Virus record (IMG/VR): IMGVR_UViG_3300037297_000066
Coordinates: 248,001 to 312,000 of that record
Length of the DNA stretch: 64,000 nucleotides
Direction: 5' to 3' (one strand)
In this document: in pieces, positions 46,757-55,351 of the stretch
How positions within the stretch are numbered: position 1 is the first letter of the stretch
Layout: each line of letters opens with the position of its first letter
Notes under the pieces: model-generated
Told to the model about the DNA's origin: nothing
What the model saw: only the letters and a program-made list of their open reading frames with translations
Databases searched by the model: none
Program-made: the position numbers and the translations under genes

Positions 46757-46991
46757 TTGCTAGTTGGCCTGAGGTCTGCTTAACTAGGGCTATGCCTGCG
46801 AGGTACATACCCCCGTAAGGCGCCTCCTTCCAAGAAAGGAGGTGCCTAGTGCGGTACTGCAGGTTCTGCGAACTTGCTTCCCTGCTAGCTGGTCGGCCCT
46901 ACATGTGTCGGCCTTGTTGGCGGAAGCTGTTTCGCAACAAGAAAGGTTGATTTCCCTCGGGAGTGGGCTAAGGCTCGCTCCCGTTGTATTT

Positions 46992-47067
46992 GGGGTCATA
47001 GCTCAGCTGGGAGAGCGCCTGTCTGGCAGACAGGAGGTCGGGAGTTCGATCCTCCCTGGCTCCACCA
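46992..47067 (+). tRNA. tRNA-Ala(GGC)
   Basis: CT-GGC-AG, G3:U70, ACCA. Confidence 0.9.
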
Positions 47068-47254
47068 AACTTTCTATTGAAAGCCTCTGGTGCAATGCAC
47101 GAAGAATTCCCAATTGTTACCTGTGGGTCCTGTGATGCTTGGTGGCATCAAGGAGAAATACCCTGGCATTACCCGGGGTGCTCTGTGTCAGAGAACGTGG
47201 GCCCCACGGCTTCTGGGAGTGAGTACGAGGAAGGTATCGGGGTGAGGCAGGATC

Positions 47255-47707
47255 ATGAGTAGCGAAATCGCTAGACGAGTCGCTCTTCGATACAAGCAGA
47301 AGGGTGTTGCCAAGCGAAAGCGGAAGCAGCAGTACCGTCGTACCAAGATCAAATCCCGTCGTCAGAGCAAGAAGTGGCGGGCCACCCATCGAGGTGAGGT
47401 CAAGCGTTACCGTCGCAAGGTCAAGGTCAACCCGATGCAGCACCGGCTCCGGAAGCGAGCTGGTATCGACCTGACTCAAACCGAGCCCATCGAGTTCTGG
47501 GACTTGGAAACGAACCAAGGCGGAGAGGTCCAGGGCATCACTGAGGATGCTGTTGAGGCTGTAGTGGATGGGGAGACCCGCTACTACGATCCCATCGACT
47601 TTCTGGAATCTGTAGCCTTCCTGTTCGAAGATGACGAGGAAGAACTCTACGATCTTCTCGATCCTCTATTCGGGGAAGACTCCGAGGAGGATGACACGCC
47701 GCAGTAG
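47255..47707 (+). CDS. hypothetical protein with RVALRY motif; very basic N-half, very acidic C-half
   Basis: 150-aa ORF. Confidence 0.75.
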   Translation: MSSEIARRVALRYKQKGVAKRKRKQQYRRTKIKSRRQSKKWRATHRGEVKRYRRKVKVNPMQHRLRKRAGIDLTQTEPIEFWDLETNQGGEVQGITEDAVEAVVDGETRYYDPIDFLESVAFLFEDDEEELYDLLDPLFGEDSEEDDTPQ

Positions 47708-47770
47708 CTCAAATGGTAGAGCTCCGGTTTTGTAAACCGGTGGTTGGGGGTTCAAGTCCTCTCTGCGGCT
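47698..47770 (+). tRNA. tRNA-Thr(TGT)
   Basis: TT-TGT-AA. Confidence 0.9.
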
Positions 47771-47791
47771 CCGTTGGTGTATAGTGGTACC

Positions 47792-48118
47792 ATGACAATC
47801 CCCAGGAAGAGTTCGAGGAACATTCGGGTCGAGGGTAAGAAGTACCGGTGGATGGTTTCATCCCGTCGGCAGGGTTGTGACAAGCGCCTGACCGTGGAAT
47901 CGACCGACCGGAAGTTCCTTCAGGTGATCTTGCGAGCCAGGGAGATGTGCGACGAGACTGGGAAGATTTTGCCTTCTGTGGACGAGGTTCCCAAGACCAC
48001 TCTCACTCCCAAGGAAGTGGCAACCATCATCGTGGAGGCCCATCGACAAGGGTGGCCTGGGAGTGACCTGAAGGGGTTCAAACCGTCCGCCAGCTTGAGA
48101 GACTTCTTGGTCTTGTGA
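47792..48118 (+). CDS. hypothetical protein
   Basis: MTIPRKSSRNIRVEGKKYRW..TPKEVATII. Confidence 0.7.
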   Translation: MTIPRKSSRNIRVEGKKYRWMVSSRRQGCDKRLTVESTDRKFLQVILRAREMCDETGKILPSVDEVPKTTLTPKEVATIIVEAHRQGWPGSDLKGFKPSASLRDFLVL

Positions 48119-48387
48119 TTCGGCCCGTCTGTGACTCTTGCCACCAGGAGCTCAAGGTTCCTGGTGCGATCTTGCTGGGACCTGTAGTAGGTCTCCAGAA
48201 GCGCCGGAAGTATCATCTGTGTGTGGGGTGCTATGAGCGGCTCAGGAGCTGTCTCAAGCCATGCCACGCTTGTTTGGTCGAGGGTTCTGGAGCTCTGCTC
48301 ATCAGTCCCCCCGATGAGGCGGAGATGGTGAAGTTCCGGAACGTTTGCTTAGCTTGTTGCCATCGGTGCGTGGCTCCGATGGGTATT

Positions 48388-48459
48388 GCCGTCGTGGCTC
48401 AAAGGTAGAGCACGTCCTTGGTAAGGACGGGGTTGAGAGTTCGATTCTCTCCGACGGCT
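48388..48459 (+). tRNA. tRNA-Thr(GGT)
   Basis: TT-GGT-AA. Confidence 0.9.
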
Positions 48460-48509
48460 CTGGCTGAATTGTGAGAACATCTAGCCGAGCTGGGGTGAGG
48501 CCCAGCATT

Positions 48510-48581
48510 GCGGACGTAACTCAATGGTAGAGTCCCTGCTTCCCATGCAGGCGGTTGCGAGTTCGAATCTCGTCGTCCGCT
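48510..48581 (+). tRNA. tRNA-Gly(CCC)
   Basis: TT-CCC-AT. Confidence 0.88.
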
Positions 48582-48956
48582 CTACTTGGAGACGATAGCC
48601 CCACCTTGACCACAGTTGGGGCAAGGGAAGGTGGGGTCGTAGATGTTTCCTTCCTCATCCCCCACGAATCCACACTTGGGACATCCTCTGAGGGAGGCGG
48701 TCTTGGCCATGGCTAGGTCTAGAGAGCCCCGTGGGCCTACGATCTTCCCGTCCTCGATAGGCCACCCTTTCTGGATGGCCAAACGTACAACTTCCCGTCC
48801 TCGTACGATGGCATCAGCGATGTCTTCGGCGAGCCCTTTCCCTAGACCTGTAGCAGATCGGATCACCTCTTTGAGGCGTTCGACTTTGTGCTTCTTGGTC
48901 TCTTTCTTTTGGTATCGGAAAGCCACTCTCTGAGCTATGTTGGTGTAGTCCATCAT
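48582..48956 (-). CDS. hypothetical protein with RVAFRY motif and C-terminal zinc ribbon
   Basis: CPKCG..CPNCG. Confidence 0.7.
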   Translation of the reverse strand: MMDYTNIAQRVAFRYQKKETKKHKVERLKEVIRSATGLGKGLAEDIADAIVRGREVVRLAIQKGWPIEDGKIVGPRGSLDLAMAKTASLRGCPKCGFVGDEEGNIYDPTFPCPNCGQGGAIVSK

Positions 48957-48980
48957 GGGAGAATGGCTATAGGTAGATTT

Positions 48981-49052
48981 GACCTGGTTCGATGGCTCGG
49001 CGACGGGTCTGCAAAACCCGTTTCGAGGGTTCAATTCCCTCCCAGGTCTCCA
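48981..49052 (+). tRNA. tRNA-Cys(GCA)
   Basis: CT-GCA-AA, U73, CCA. Confidence 0.85.
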
Positions 49053-49053
49053 T

Positions 49054-49129
49054 GCCCTCGTAGCACAATGGATAGTGCATCAGCCTTCTAAGCTGCAGGT
49101 TGCAGGTTCGAGTCCTGCCGGGGGTGCCA
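49054..49129 (+). tRNA. tRNA-Arg(TCT)
   Basis: CT-TCT-AA, GCCA. Confidence 0.9.
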
Positions 49130-49141
49130 AGGAGAAGCGTC

Positions 49142-49609
49142 GTGGAAATCGAGAGAAAGTGGCGTCTGAAAACCCTACCCAGTCGTACCTTGTTCGAGTC
49201 TTGGGCCATGCTGGAGCAGGCTTACTTGATCTCTTCCGATGGGGAGCTTCGAGTCAGGCGTTTCGGAGACGACTTTTTCCTTACGATCAAAGGTCCAGGA
49301 TCTATTGTCCGTAGGGATTGGGAAAAACCGATCCCTGCGTGGGCATACCTTTTGGTCCAGAAACATTGTGTTGGCAGTCTGATCACAAAGACCCGCTACT
49401 TCTCTGAGAATTCTAAGATTGAAGTAGACGAATACCACGGACATCTTGAGGGTCTGGTGATCCTAGAATGTGAGTTTCCTAGCTTGGAAAAGGCAGAGGA
49501 GTTCGAGTTTCCTGGTTGGGCTGGAGAGGCTGTGGAGGTGACAGAGGAACCTGCCTACAAGAACAAGAACTTAGCTCTGCTGAAATCTGTTCCAGTTTGG
49601 CCCGAGTGA
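49142..49609 (+). CDS. CYTH (triphosphate tunnel) domain protein
   Basis: EIERKWRL, EQAYL, LRVRR, LTIKG, KTRY, EVDEY, ECEF and YKNKNL motifs. Confidence 0.9.
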   Translation: MEIERKWRLKTLPSRTLFESWAMLEQAYLISSDGELRVRRFGDDFFLTIKGPGSIVRRDWEKPIPAWAYLLVQKHCVGSLITKTRYFSENSKIEVDEYHGHLEGLVILECEFPSLEKAEEFEFPGWAGEAVEVTEEPAYKNKNLALLKSVPVWPE

Positions 49610-49625
49610 AGTTTCGGGCTTACAC

Positions 49626-49701
49626 GCCCCAGTAGCTCAAAGGATAGAGCACCGGCCTTCGAAGCCGTTGGTTGCAGGTTCGACTCCTGCCTGGGGTACC
49701 A
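49626..49701 (+). tRNA. tRNA-Arg(TCG)
   Basis: CT-TCG-AA, ACCA. Confidence 0.9.
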
Positions 49702-49706
49702 CACTT

Positions 49707-49779
49707 CCCCTCGTCCCGCCGGAATGCGGGCACAGGTCTACGAAATCTGTTGGTCTCGGTTCGACTCCGAGCGGGGGGT
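49707..49779 (+). tRNA. tRNA-Arg(ACG)
   Basis: CT-ACG-AA. Confidence 0.78.
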
Positions 49780-49993
49780 CTAGTATATTGGCCTGGATGA
49801 AATGCGTTACTTGCGGCGTCATCTACCTGCCTTGGAAAGGGGAGGACTTCGCTGGGTTCGCTGCCAGGTACCAGTGCCGTCCTTGCTTCAATCGGTCGTG
49901 GGAGAACTTCCTACGGTTGAGAGAAGAGTATCAGAGGTTGGTGACTTCAGGGATTCACCCTAAGGTTGCTGATCGAATGATGCAAAGAAGAAT

Positions 49994-50067
49994 CTCCTCG
50001 TCTCAGCGGAACTGAGCACGGGTTTCCGAAGCCCGTTGACTGGGTTCAACTCCCAGCGGGGAGGCCA
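49994..50067 (+). tRNA. tRNA-Arg(CCG)
   Basis: TT-CCG-AA, GCCA. Confidence 0.78.
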
Positions 50068-50331
50068 TTGACAGTCTCTGTGAGGCTGTGTAAGCTTTCT
50101 CAAAAGCGCAAGGTGGATGGCCGAGCGCTCCTGACTGAAAGGAGTGACTGATGCAAAACATCCACGTTCATCGCTATGATAGCCCCGCTTACTACACCGG
50201 ATGGATCATGCCCGAGGATCGTTCCTGGATCGTGTTCATAGATCAGGAAGGTCAAGCCACCTTCTGGAGGCGTGTAGAGAAGTCCCCTTCTGAGGGTAGG
50301 GTGGACCATTCGTACGTAAATGTGGAAGACT

Positions 50332-50784
50332 CTACTCTTCCCTCCTAGGGTCGCTGGGAGGAATAGAGTCTGGTCGGGGAGGCAGCGTTGCTACGTTGCA
50401 CCAGAAGAGTTGGATGACCTCAACGGTTTTTTGCAGAGCGTCGAATCCGAGAGGTTTTCGGATGTAGGCGTTGCAGCCGGTGGCGTATGCCTTCCTGACA
50501 TCCTCTTGAGAGTTTGAGTTCGTGAGGATTATCACGGGCAGAGCTCTGAGTCGGGGGTTTTTCCTGATTTCCTTCAGAACTTCCAAGCCATTGTACTTCG
50601 GGATGTTCAGATCCAAGAGGACCAAATCTGGTCTAGGAGAGTAGTCCTTAAGGTGGCGGAGGGCGGCTTCTCCGTCAGTTTCCACGTGAAGAGTGTGGTC
50701 GATAGCTGACTCTTCTAGGGCCAGCTGGACCAACTCCACATCACGGGAATTGTCTTCAATCAGGAGAATGCGGAAGTGACTCAT
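50332..50784 (-). CDS. single-domain response regulator (Rcp1-like)
   Basis: ILLIEDN, PDLVLLDLNIP, VIILTNS and AYIRKP motifs. Confidence 0.92.
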   Translation of the reverse strand: MSHFRILLIEDNSRDVELVQLALEESAIDHTLHVETDGEAALRHLKDYSPRPDLVLLDLNIPKYNGLEVLKEIRKNPRLRALPVIILTNSNSQEDVRKAYATGCNAYIRKPLGFDALQKTVEVIQLFWCNVATLPPRPDSIPPSDPRREE

Positions 50785-51823
50785 TTTGTGCCGGGAGGGT
50801 GAAGTGGAAAACAGTCCCTTGATTGGGCTCTGATTCGGTCCATATCTTACCCCCATGGTGTTCGACGACACGTTTGACTATGGCCAGTCCAATCCCCGTT
50901 CCTGGATACTGTTCAACAGTGTACAGACGGGTGAATACTCCGAAGATTCGGTTGGCATGCCTCATGTCGAAGCCGATTCCATTGTCCCTCACCGAAATGA
51001 GCCATTTGTGGTCATTGAAAGGCTTTGCGGTAACTTCGATTCTGGGGGGTCCCTTTCGATACTTGATGCTGTTGGAGAACAGATTCTGGAAGACTTGAGC
51101 CACCATGCTACGGTCGCCTTGGATGATGGGCAGGTCAGGGTCTAACTGGAACACTACGCCTGACTCTTTGACGTACCGTACTAAAGCCTTTTTGGCTTCC
51201 TCGATGGCTTGTCGGAGGGGGAAGGTCTTTTGGAGGTTGACTCGGCTGGCCCTTGAGAAGGAAAGCAAGTCTTCGATCTTCTGCGCCATGTGTTCGGTGC
51301 TGGAGATGATCTCGTCCAGGAAGTGTTTCTCTTCTTCCCCTAGGCTGTCGTAGACCCGTCGCTTGAGCAGGGTAGCAAATCCGGCTATGGCAGTGACAGG
51401 TTCTCGGAGGTCATGCGAGGTAATGTAGGCGAACTGATCTAGGTCGTCACTCTGTCGTTGCAGGTTGTTCTGCAGCGTTTTCAGGGTGTTTAGATCTTGC
51501 AGCTCTATGAGATAGTACCCTTGGTTGCTGGGGATCTTGGCTACTGTGACCAGAGCATGGAACGTGGATCCATCCCCTTTCACGTACTTTCTCTCCGCTG
51601 GCTCTCTCAAAGGCAGTGTGATGCTGTGCCCTTGTTTGGCGAACTGGTTGAGAGGTTTGCCTACCAGATACTCAGGCTTCTCTTTTAGGAGCACGCACAA
51701 CCGTCGGTTGGCAGCAATGATGGTGCCTTTCTGGTCGAGTACAGCTTGGGCTAGGTGAGATCCTTGGAAAGCCGCCCTACAAAGAAACTCGGCCGTGTTG
51801 TTCCTGCAGAAAGGCTCAGTCAT
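50756..51823 (-). CDS. PAS-domain sensor histidine kinase
   Basis: FAYITSHDLREP (H-box), QVFQNLFSNSIKY, VRDNGIGF and GTGIGLAIVK motifs. Confidence 0.95.
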   Translation of the reverse strand: MTEPFCRNNTAEFLCRAAFQGSHLAQAVLDQKGTIIAANRRLCVLLKEKPEYLVGKPLNQFAKQGHSITLPLREPAERKYVKGDGSTFHALVTVAKIPSNQGYYLIELQDLNTLKTLQNNLQRQSDDLDQFAYITSHDLREPVTAIAGFATLLKRRVYDSLGEEEKHFLDEIISSTEHMAQKIEDLLSFSRASRVNLQKTFPLRQAIEEAKKALVRYVKESGVVFQLDPDLPIIQGDRSMVAQVFQNLFSNSIKYRKGPPRIEVTAKPFNDHKWLISVRDNGIGFDMRHANRIFGVFTRLYTVEQYPGTGIGLAIVKRVVEHHGGKIWTESEPNQGTVFHFTLPAQNESLPHSPD

Positions 51824-52748
51824 GGGAGGAAGAGGGGCTCCAAAACTTCAACATGCTGGATTGGACGCTAGCATAATACGTGGCCCCGGCTCCTGCCAGC
51901 ACCCCCAGCAAAGTCAGGATTCCCAAGATGACTTTGGTACGGTTGTGCATCTTGGTGGTTTGAATCTGCGTTTGGTGGCCCGTCACGACTTCCTGCAGGT
52001 CCAGCATTGAAGGGCGATCGGCTTCGAGGTTGGTAACCCTTTCCTCTAGATTCTTGTGGTCGTTGACTAGTACATCTACCTGGGTACGCATCGAGGGCCG
52101 GTTGGAGTGTCCTTGAAGGATCTCCTTATCCAGCACTTGAAGCATCTTCATCATGATGTCTTGCTGAGTCTCGATCTTGACGACGGTTTTCCCCTGTTCT
52201 TGCATGTGCGTGTAGATGTTCCTGGACAGGTCGGCTACGGCTGCTGAGGTTTCGACCGTTCTGCTGGAGATGGCTTGATGTTCTCCACTTTGGTGAGCCA
52301 TTAGCAGAGCGGCTTTGGTTCGCTCCACCTTCTTGACCAACGTAGCTTCTGCAGGGGGTACCCGAATACTGGTTCGGCATTTTTCTATGGCGAACATGAT
52401 TCGACGGAAGATCTCTTCCGCTTCTGTGTAGTTCTTGACGATGTAGTCGGCCGCCCCGTCCTTGACCATGTTCAGGGCCAACTTACGGTCCTGGTTATGG
52501 GTCATGATGATGATCGGTACATCAGGAAACCTTTGGTGGAGGGTTTGGAAGGTTTCCTTGCCGGCCGAGTCAGGGAGGGAAAGGTCCAAGATCACCACAT
52601 CTATGGGCATCCTGGTCAATTGCTTGACAGCCTCTTCCAGATTGCAGGCTTCCAGGATCTCGGATCGATCGGTGGCGAACCGTTCTTCCAGCAGGTATCG
52701 CAGCAGCTCCCGGTCTGTCCGGGAATCTTCAACCATTAGCAGTCGCAT
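51816..52748 (-). CDS. response regulator receiver fused to coiled coil and C-terminal TM helix
   Basis: LLMVED, IILDLSLPD and DYIVK motifs; VILGILTLLGVLAGAGATYY. Confidence 0.85.
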   Translation of the reverse strand: MRLLMVEDSRTDRELLRYLLEERFATDRSEILEACNLEEAVKQLTRMPIDVVILDLSLPDSAGKETFQTLHQRFPDVPIIIMTHNQDRKLALNMVKDGAADYIVKNYTEAEEIFRRIMFAIEKCRTSIRVPPAEATLVKKVERTKAALLMAHQSGEHQAISSRTVETSAAVADLSRNIYTHMQEQGKTVVKIETQQDIMMKMLQVLDKEILQGHSNRPSMRTQVDVLVNDHKNLEERVTNLEADRPSMLDLQEVVTGHQTQIQTTKMHNRTKVILGILTLLGVLAGAGATYYASVQSSMLKFWSPSSSHD

Positions 52749-52942
52749 GTTCGCTAGTGAGGTTTTACAAGTGTTTTTCTCGGTGTACCAACATGGTACC
52801 TGGTCCTGTGGGTGTCCATATTTGACCACCGTTTGGTCGGATCTGACCGTAATCGGCTGGTCGGGCAATGCGAGGCGAGCGAGCTGGTGAACGCACCTCT
52901 CTCACACAGAGGATCCGCTGGGTTCGATCCCCAGGTCTCGCA

Positions 52943-53500
52943 CTACTCTTCTAGGAGGCGTTCCCAAGAGGTCTTGGGAGGGTTCCAGGACACGGGGTTC
53001 TTTAGTTTGGGGGGTGGCGGGGTTCCCATTTCAAACTCGCTTCTCACCTCGTTGTCTGCAGTTACGTGGATGCGTACGTCTCTCCCTAAGAAGACCTGTC
53101 TTGGGGGTCCTTGCCGTACCTGGATGATGTCATTCTCTTTGATCTGGAACAGGAAGGTCAGGCGTCCTTCTTCCAACACGTAGTCTTCTCCGGGCATCAT
53201 TAGCAGTCCGTTGACGTACACGTACGTTTCTTCGAGGATGGAGGAGGCGTCGATTTGGCAGAGGAACGCAAGATTTCCTTCCCCTCTTCTGGTGTAGTCT
53301 CTACCAGGAACCAACGGTCGTCCGTTGACGTATACCGACATACTTTGGAGTTCATCAGAACCTGAGGTTGAGGGGAGTCGTCGTCTTCTGCTGAGGGTTG
53401 TTCTCCAGAGGTTGAGAAGCCACATGAAGATGCGTCGGATCATTTCAGTCCTTCTTCCAGCAGTCTTTCGTGCCAGGTCTTTGGGCCTACGTAGGTGCAA
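52943..53500 (-). CDS. hypothetical protein with duplicated VYVNGxxLxPGxDY repeat (C-terminal TSWERLL)
   Basis: VYVNGRPLVPGRDY and VYVNGLLMMPGEDY. Confidence 0.65.
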   Translation of the reverse strand: MHLRRPKDLARKTAGRRTEMIRRIFMWLLNLWRTTLSRRRRLPSTSGSDELQSMSVYVNGRPLVPGRDYTRRGEGNLAFLCQIDASSILEETYVYVNGLLMMPGEDYVLEEGRLTFLFQIKENDIIQVRQGPPRQVFLGRDVRIHVTADNEVRSEFEMGTPPPPKLKNPVSWNPPKTSWERLLEE

Positions 53501-53637
53501 CGTACGTATCCGTCTTGAGCGGGCCCCTTGATGACCGTGTTCCAGTCTCGGATGGGTTCCTTGACCTCACCCACGATCTTGACAGGCGAGACACGGGTTG
53601 AAGTGTCCGTGGGATCGGATACCATAGTGCTCGACAT
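53440..53637 (-). CDS. small hypothetical protein (C-terminal TWHERLL)
   Basis: 65-aa ORF. Confidence 0.5.
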   Translation of the reverse strand: MSSTMVSDPTDTSTRVSPVKIVGEVKEPIRDWNTVIKGPAQDGYVRCTYVGPKTWHERLLEEGLK

Positions 53638-53650
53638 GCGGCGAGTATAC

Positions 53651-53726
53651 GCCGGGCTAGTCTTCTGGTGAAGACGCCACTCTTACAAGGTGGTTCAGCA
53701 GGGTTCGATCCCCTGGCCCGGTACCA
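53651..53726 (+). tRNA. tRNA-Val(TAC)
   Basis: CT-TAC-AA, ACCA. Confidence 0.8.
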
Positions 53727-53728
53727 AT

Positions 53729-53811
53729 GGCCTCTTGGCGGAATGGCAGACGCAGTGGATTTAAAATCCGCCGCTCGAAAGGGCGTCCCGGTTCGAGTCC
53801 GGGAGGGGCTA
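53729..53811 (+). tRNA. tRNA-Leu(TAA)
   Basis: TT-TAA-AA, long variable arm. Confidence 0.88.
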
Positions 53812-53815
53812 CTAA

Positions 53816-53899
53816 GGGCCACGGCCTAAGCCGGACGGTATGCCGGCGCCCGGCCTATTACCGGGTGGCGTAGGGGTTCAACTCCTCCGTGGCCTACCA
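53816..53899 (+). tRNA. atypical 8/4 (or 9/3) tRNA-like gene, loop CC-TAT-TA
   Basis: GGGCCACG/CGTGGCCT-ACCA; 5-bp D stem; 6-bp anticodon stem. Confidence 0.5.
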
Positions 53900-53969
53900 A
53901 AACACTTGTGAGATTTCTTGTCTGGAATCTTGTTGGGTGGTGTACGATACTATAGAACAACAGCCTTAA

Positions 53970-54042
53970 GCGAGGCGAGTGAGCTGGAGAACACGCCTGC
54001 TCGACACGCAGGTCCCGGTGGGTTCGATTCCCACGCCTCGCA
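53970..54042 (+). tRNA. tRNA-Val(GAC), C33
   Basis: CCTGC-TC-GAC-AC-GCAGG. Confidence 0.7.
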
Positions 54043-54150
54043 CAACACAGTCTTCACCGAGTTCTCTCGGGAAGTGGTGGAGGGCAAGTCGGGAAACCGC
54101 TCGCCCCTAGTGGCTGCTTGAGGAAACTCGGGCAGCCACTTCTCTATCGA

Positions 54151-54804
54151 CTATCGGCCGCCCCGAACCATCTCTTCGACGAGGTTTCGACCACTCTGCA
54201 GTGGGTACTTGAGGCTGCTGGCTGCTGACTCGGCTTCTCTGAAGGCTCGAATCAAAGATTCCGCATCGGCGATTGGGTCCTTGGTTTTGCCCACGAGTTG
54301 ATCGAGCTTTTTGAGGGCGCCTTCGGCTTTCGAGAGGGAGTCGTGAGCTTCTTTCAGCTCGTCCTTCAACCGGGTGACTTCTCGGTCTGAAGAGCCTGAT
54401 AGGAAGGCCGTGATGGCCTTCTTGGCTTGGGTGAATAGGAGCTGCCCAGCGTTTCTCTTGAGCTCGTTGAGGCTCTTGTCCTTGACGCTGTAGACTTCGA
54501 GCTGGCGTTGTCCCCCGTACACCTTGACGATGGCCAGGTAGGTGGAGTCAGGGTCATGGGAGGTGGTGCTGAAGTTCACTTCGCATCTGACGGTCCAGCG
54601 TTGCTCTGTGTTGGGGGCCCCGAAGAAACTGACCGTCGAGCCAATTCCAATGTAGTCGTAGGTGGATCCTGCTGACCAAACCAGGTCGGTGTTGGAGTTC
54701 AGCCACTTAATGACGTTGGTCTTGATCCCTCGAAGAGCTCGGTTGAGAGCCGTGATTAGGGGGTTCTTGGCAGCAGTGACGGAACGGTCGTAGTCGTAGG
54801 TCAT
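54151..54804 (-). CDS. hypothetical protein with YDYDR motif and C-terminal coiled coil
   Basis: MTYDYDRSVTAAK. Confidence 0.7.
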   Translation of the reverse strand: MTYDYDRSVTAAKNPLITALNRALRGIKTNVIKWLNSNTDLVWSAGSTYDYIGIGSTVSFFGAPNTEQRWTVRCEVNFSTTSHDPDSTYLAIVKVYGGQRQLEVYSVKDKSLNELKRNAGQLLFTQAKKAITAFLSGSSDREVTRLKDELKEAHDSLSKAEGALKKLDQLVGKTKDPIADAESLIRAFREAESAASSLKYPLQSGRNLVEEMVRGGR

Positions 54805-54877
54805 GTCATTTCGAGGGGTACAACAAATAGATTTTTGCCCAGGCCCTCCTCGTGGTGTATGGTCTGGGATAAGTATC

Positions 54878-55260
54878 GGGGCCGATTTGGTTTCGACAGA
54901 GGCATGGAGGTTGTAGTTGCGAGCAGAGGCGCTCGGCCCTTTCCAAAACCGAGCCGTAAATAGCTGCAAACGATAATGCAATCGCTGATCAGGCCATCGC
55001 AGCCTGAAAGCCGTCCGACCTTGAGATAGCCTTGGTAAAGGAAGGACGTCAGCACTAAGGCCACTGGACCACAAGGATTGCCTAACCACTTGTGATCGAC
55101 ATTGCAGAATGGCTTTGACGGGCGAGATTCCCGGAACCTCAGAAAGGCAGCCAGCGGCCTCCTGAGTTTTGAACATCCCCTTGGGGACTAGTTGGCTACG
55201 CTCGTGAATGAGGCTACAAGCAAAGGTTTCTGGAACCGGGTTCGAGTCCCGGCGGCTCCA
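54878..55260 (+). ncRNA. ssrA: tmRNA; tag peptide ANDNAIADQAIAA
   Basis: GGGGCCG..TTTCGAC 5' end, G3:U70 acceptor CGGCTCC-A, T-arm CCGGG-TTCGAGT-CCCGG; tag ORF 54966-55007. Confidence 0.92.
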
Positions 55261-55351
55261 CTAAGCAATTTCAAGTCCTGTCAAGGTGTCTGAGCGTCTC
55301 TGATGCTCACTTGTAGGAGTGCTATGAAAAAGCTGAAACGATAGGTGTACC

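Noticed and set aside
45494-47707. ORF stop codons (TAG at 45501 and 47705) falling inside tRNA genes as a readthrough device
   Set aside because: U8-A9-G10 is a near-universal tRNA sequence, so overlap is expected from compaction
55210-55222. tmRNA as an eighth member of the helix family because of CTACAAGCA
   Set aside because: No ACUC-GG/CC-CGCC helix nearby; CTACAA pairs with TTGTAG as normal tmRNA helix 2
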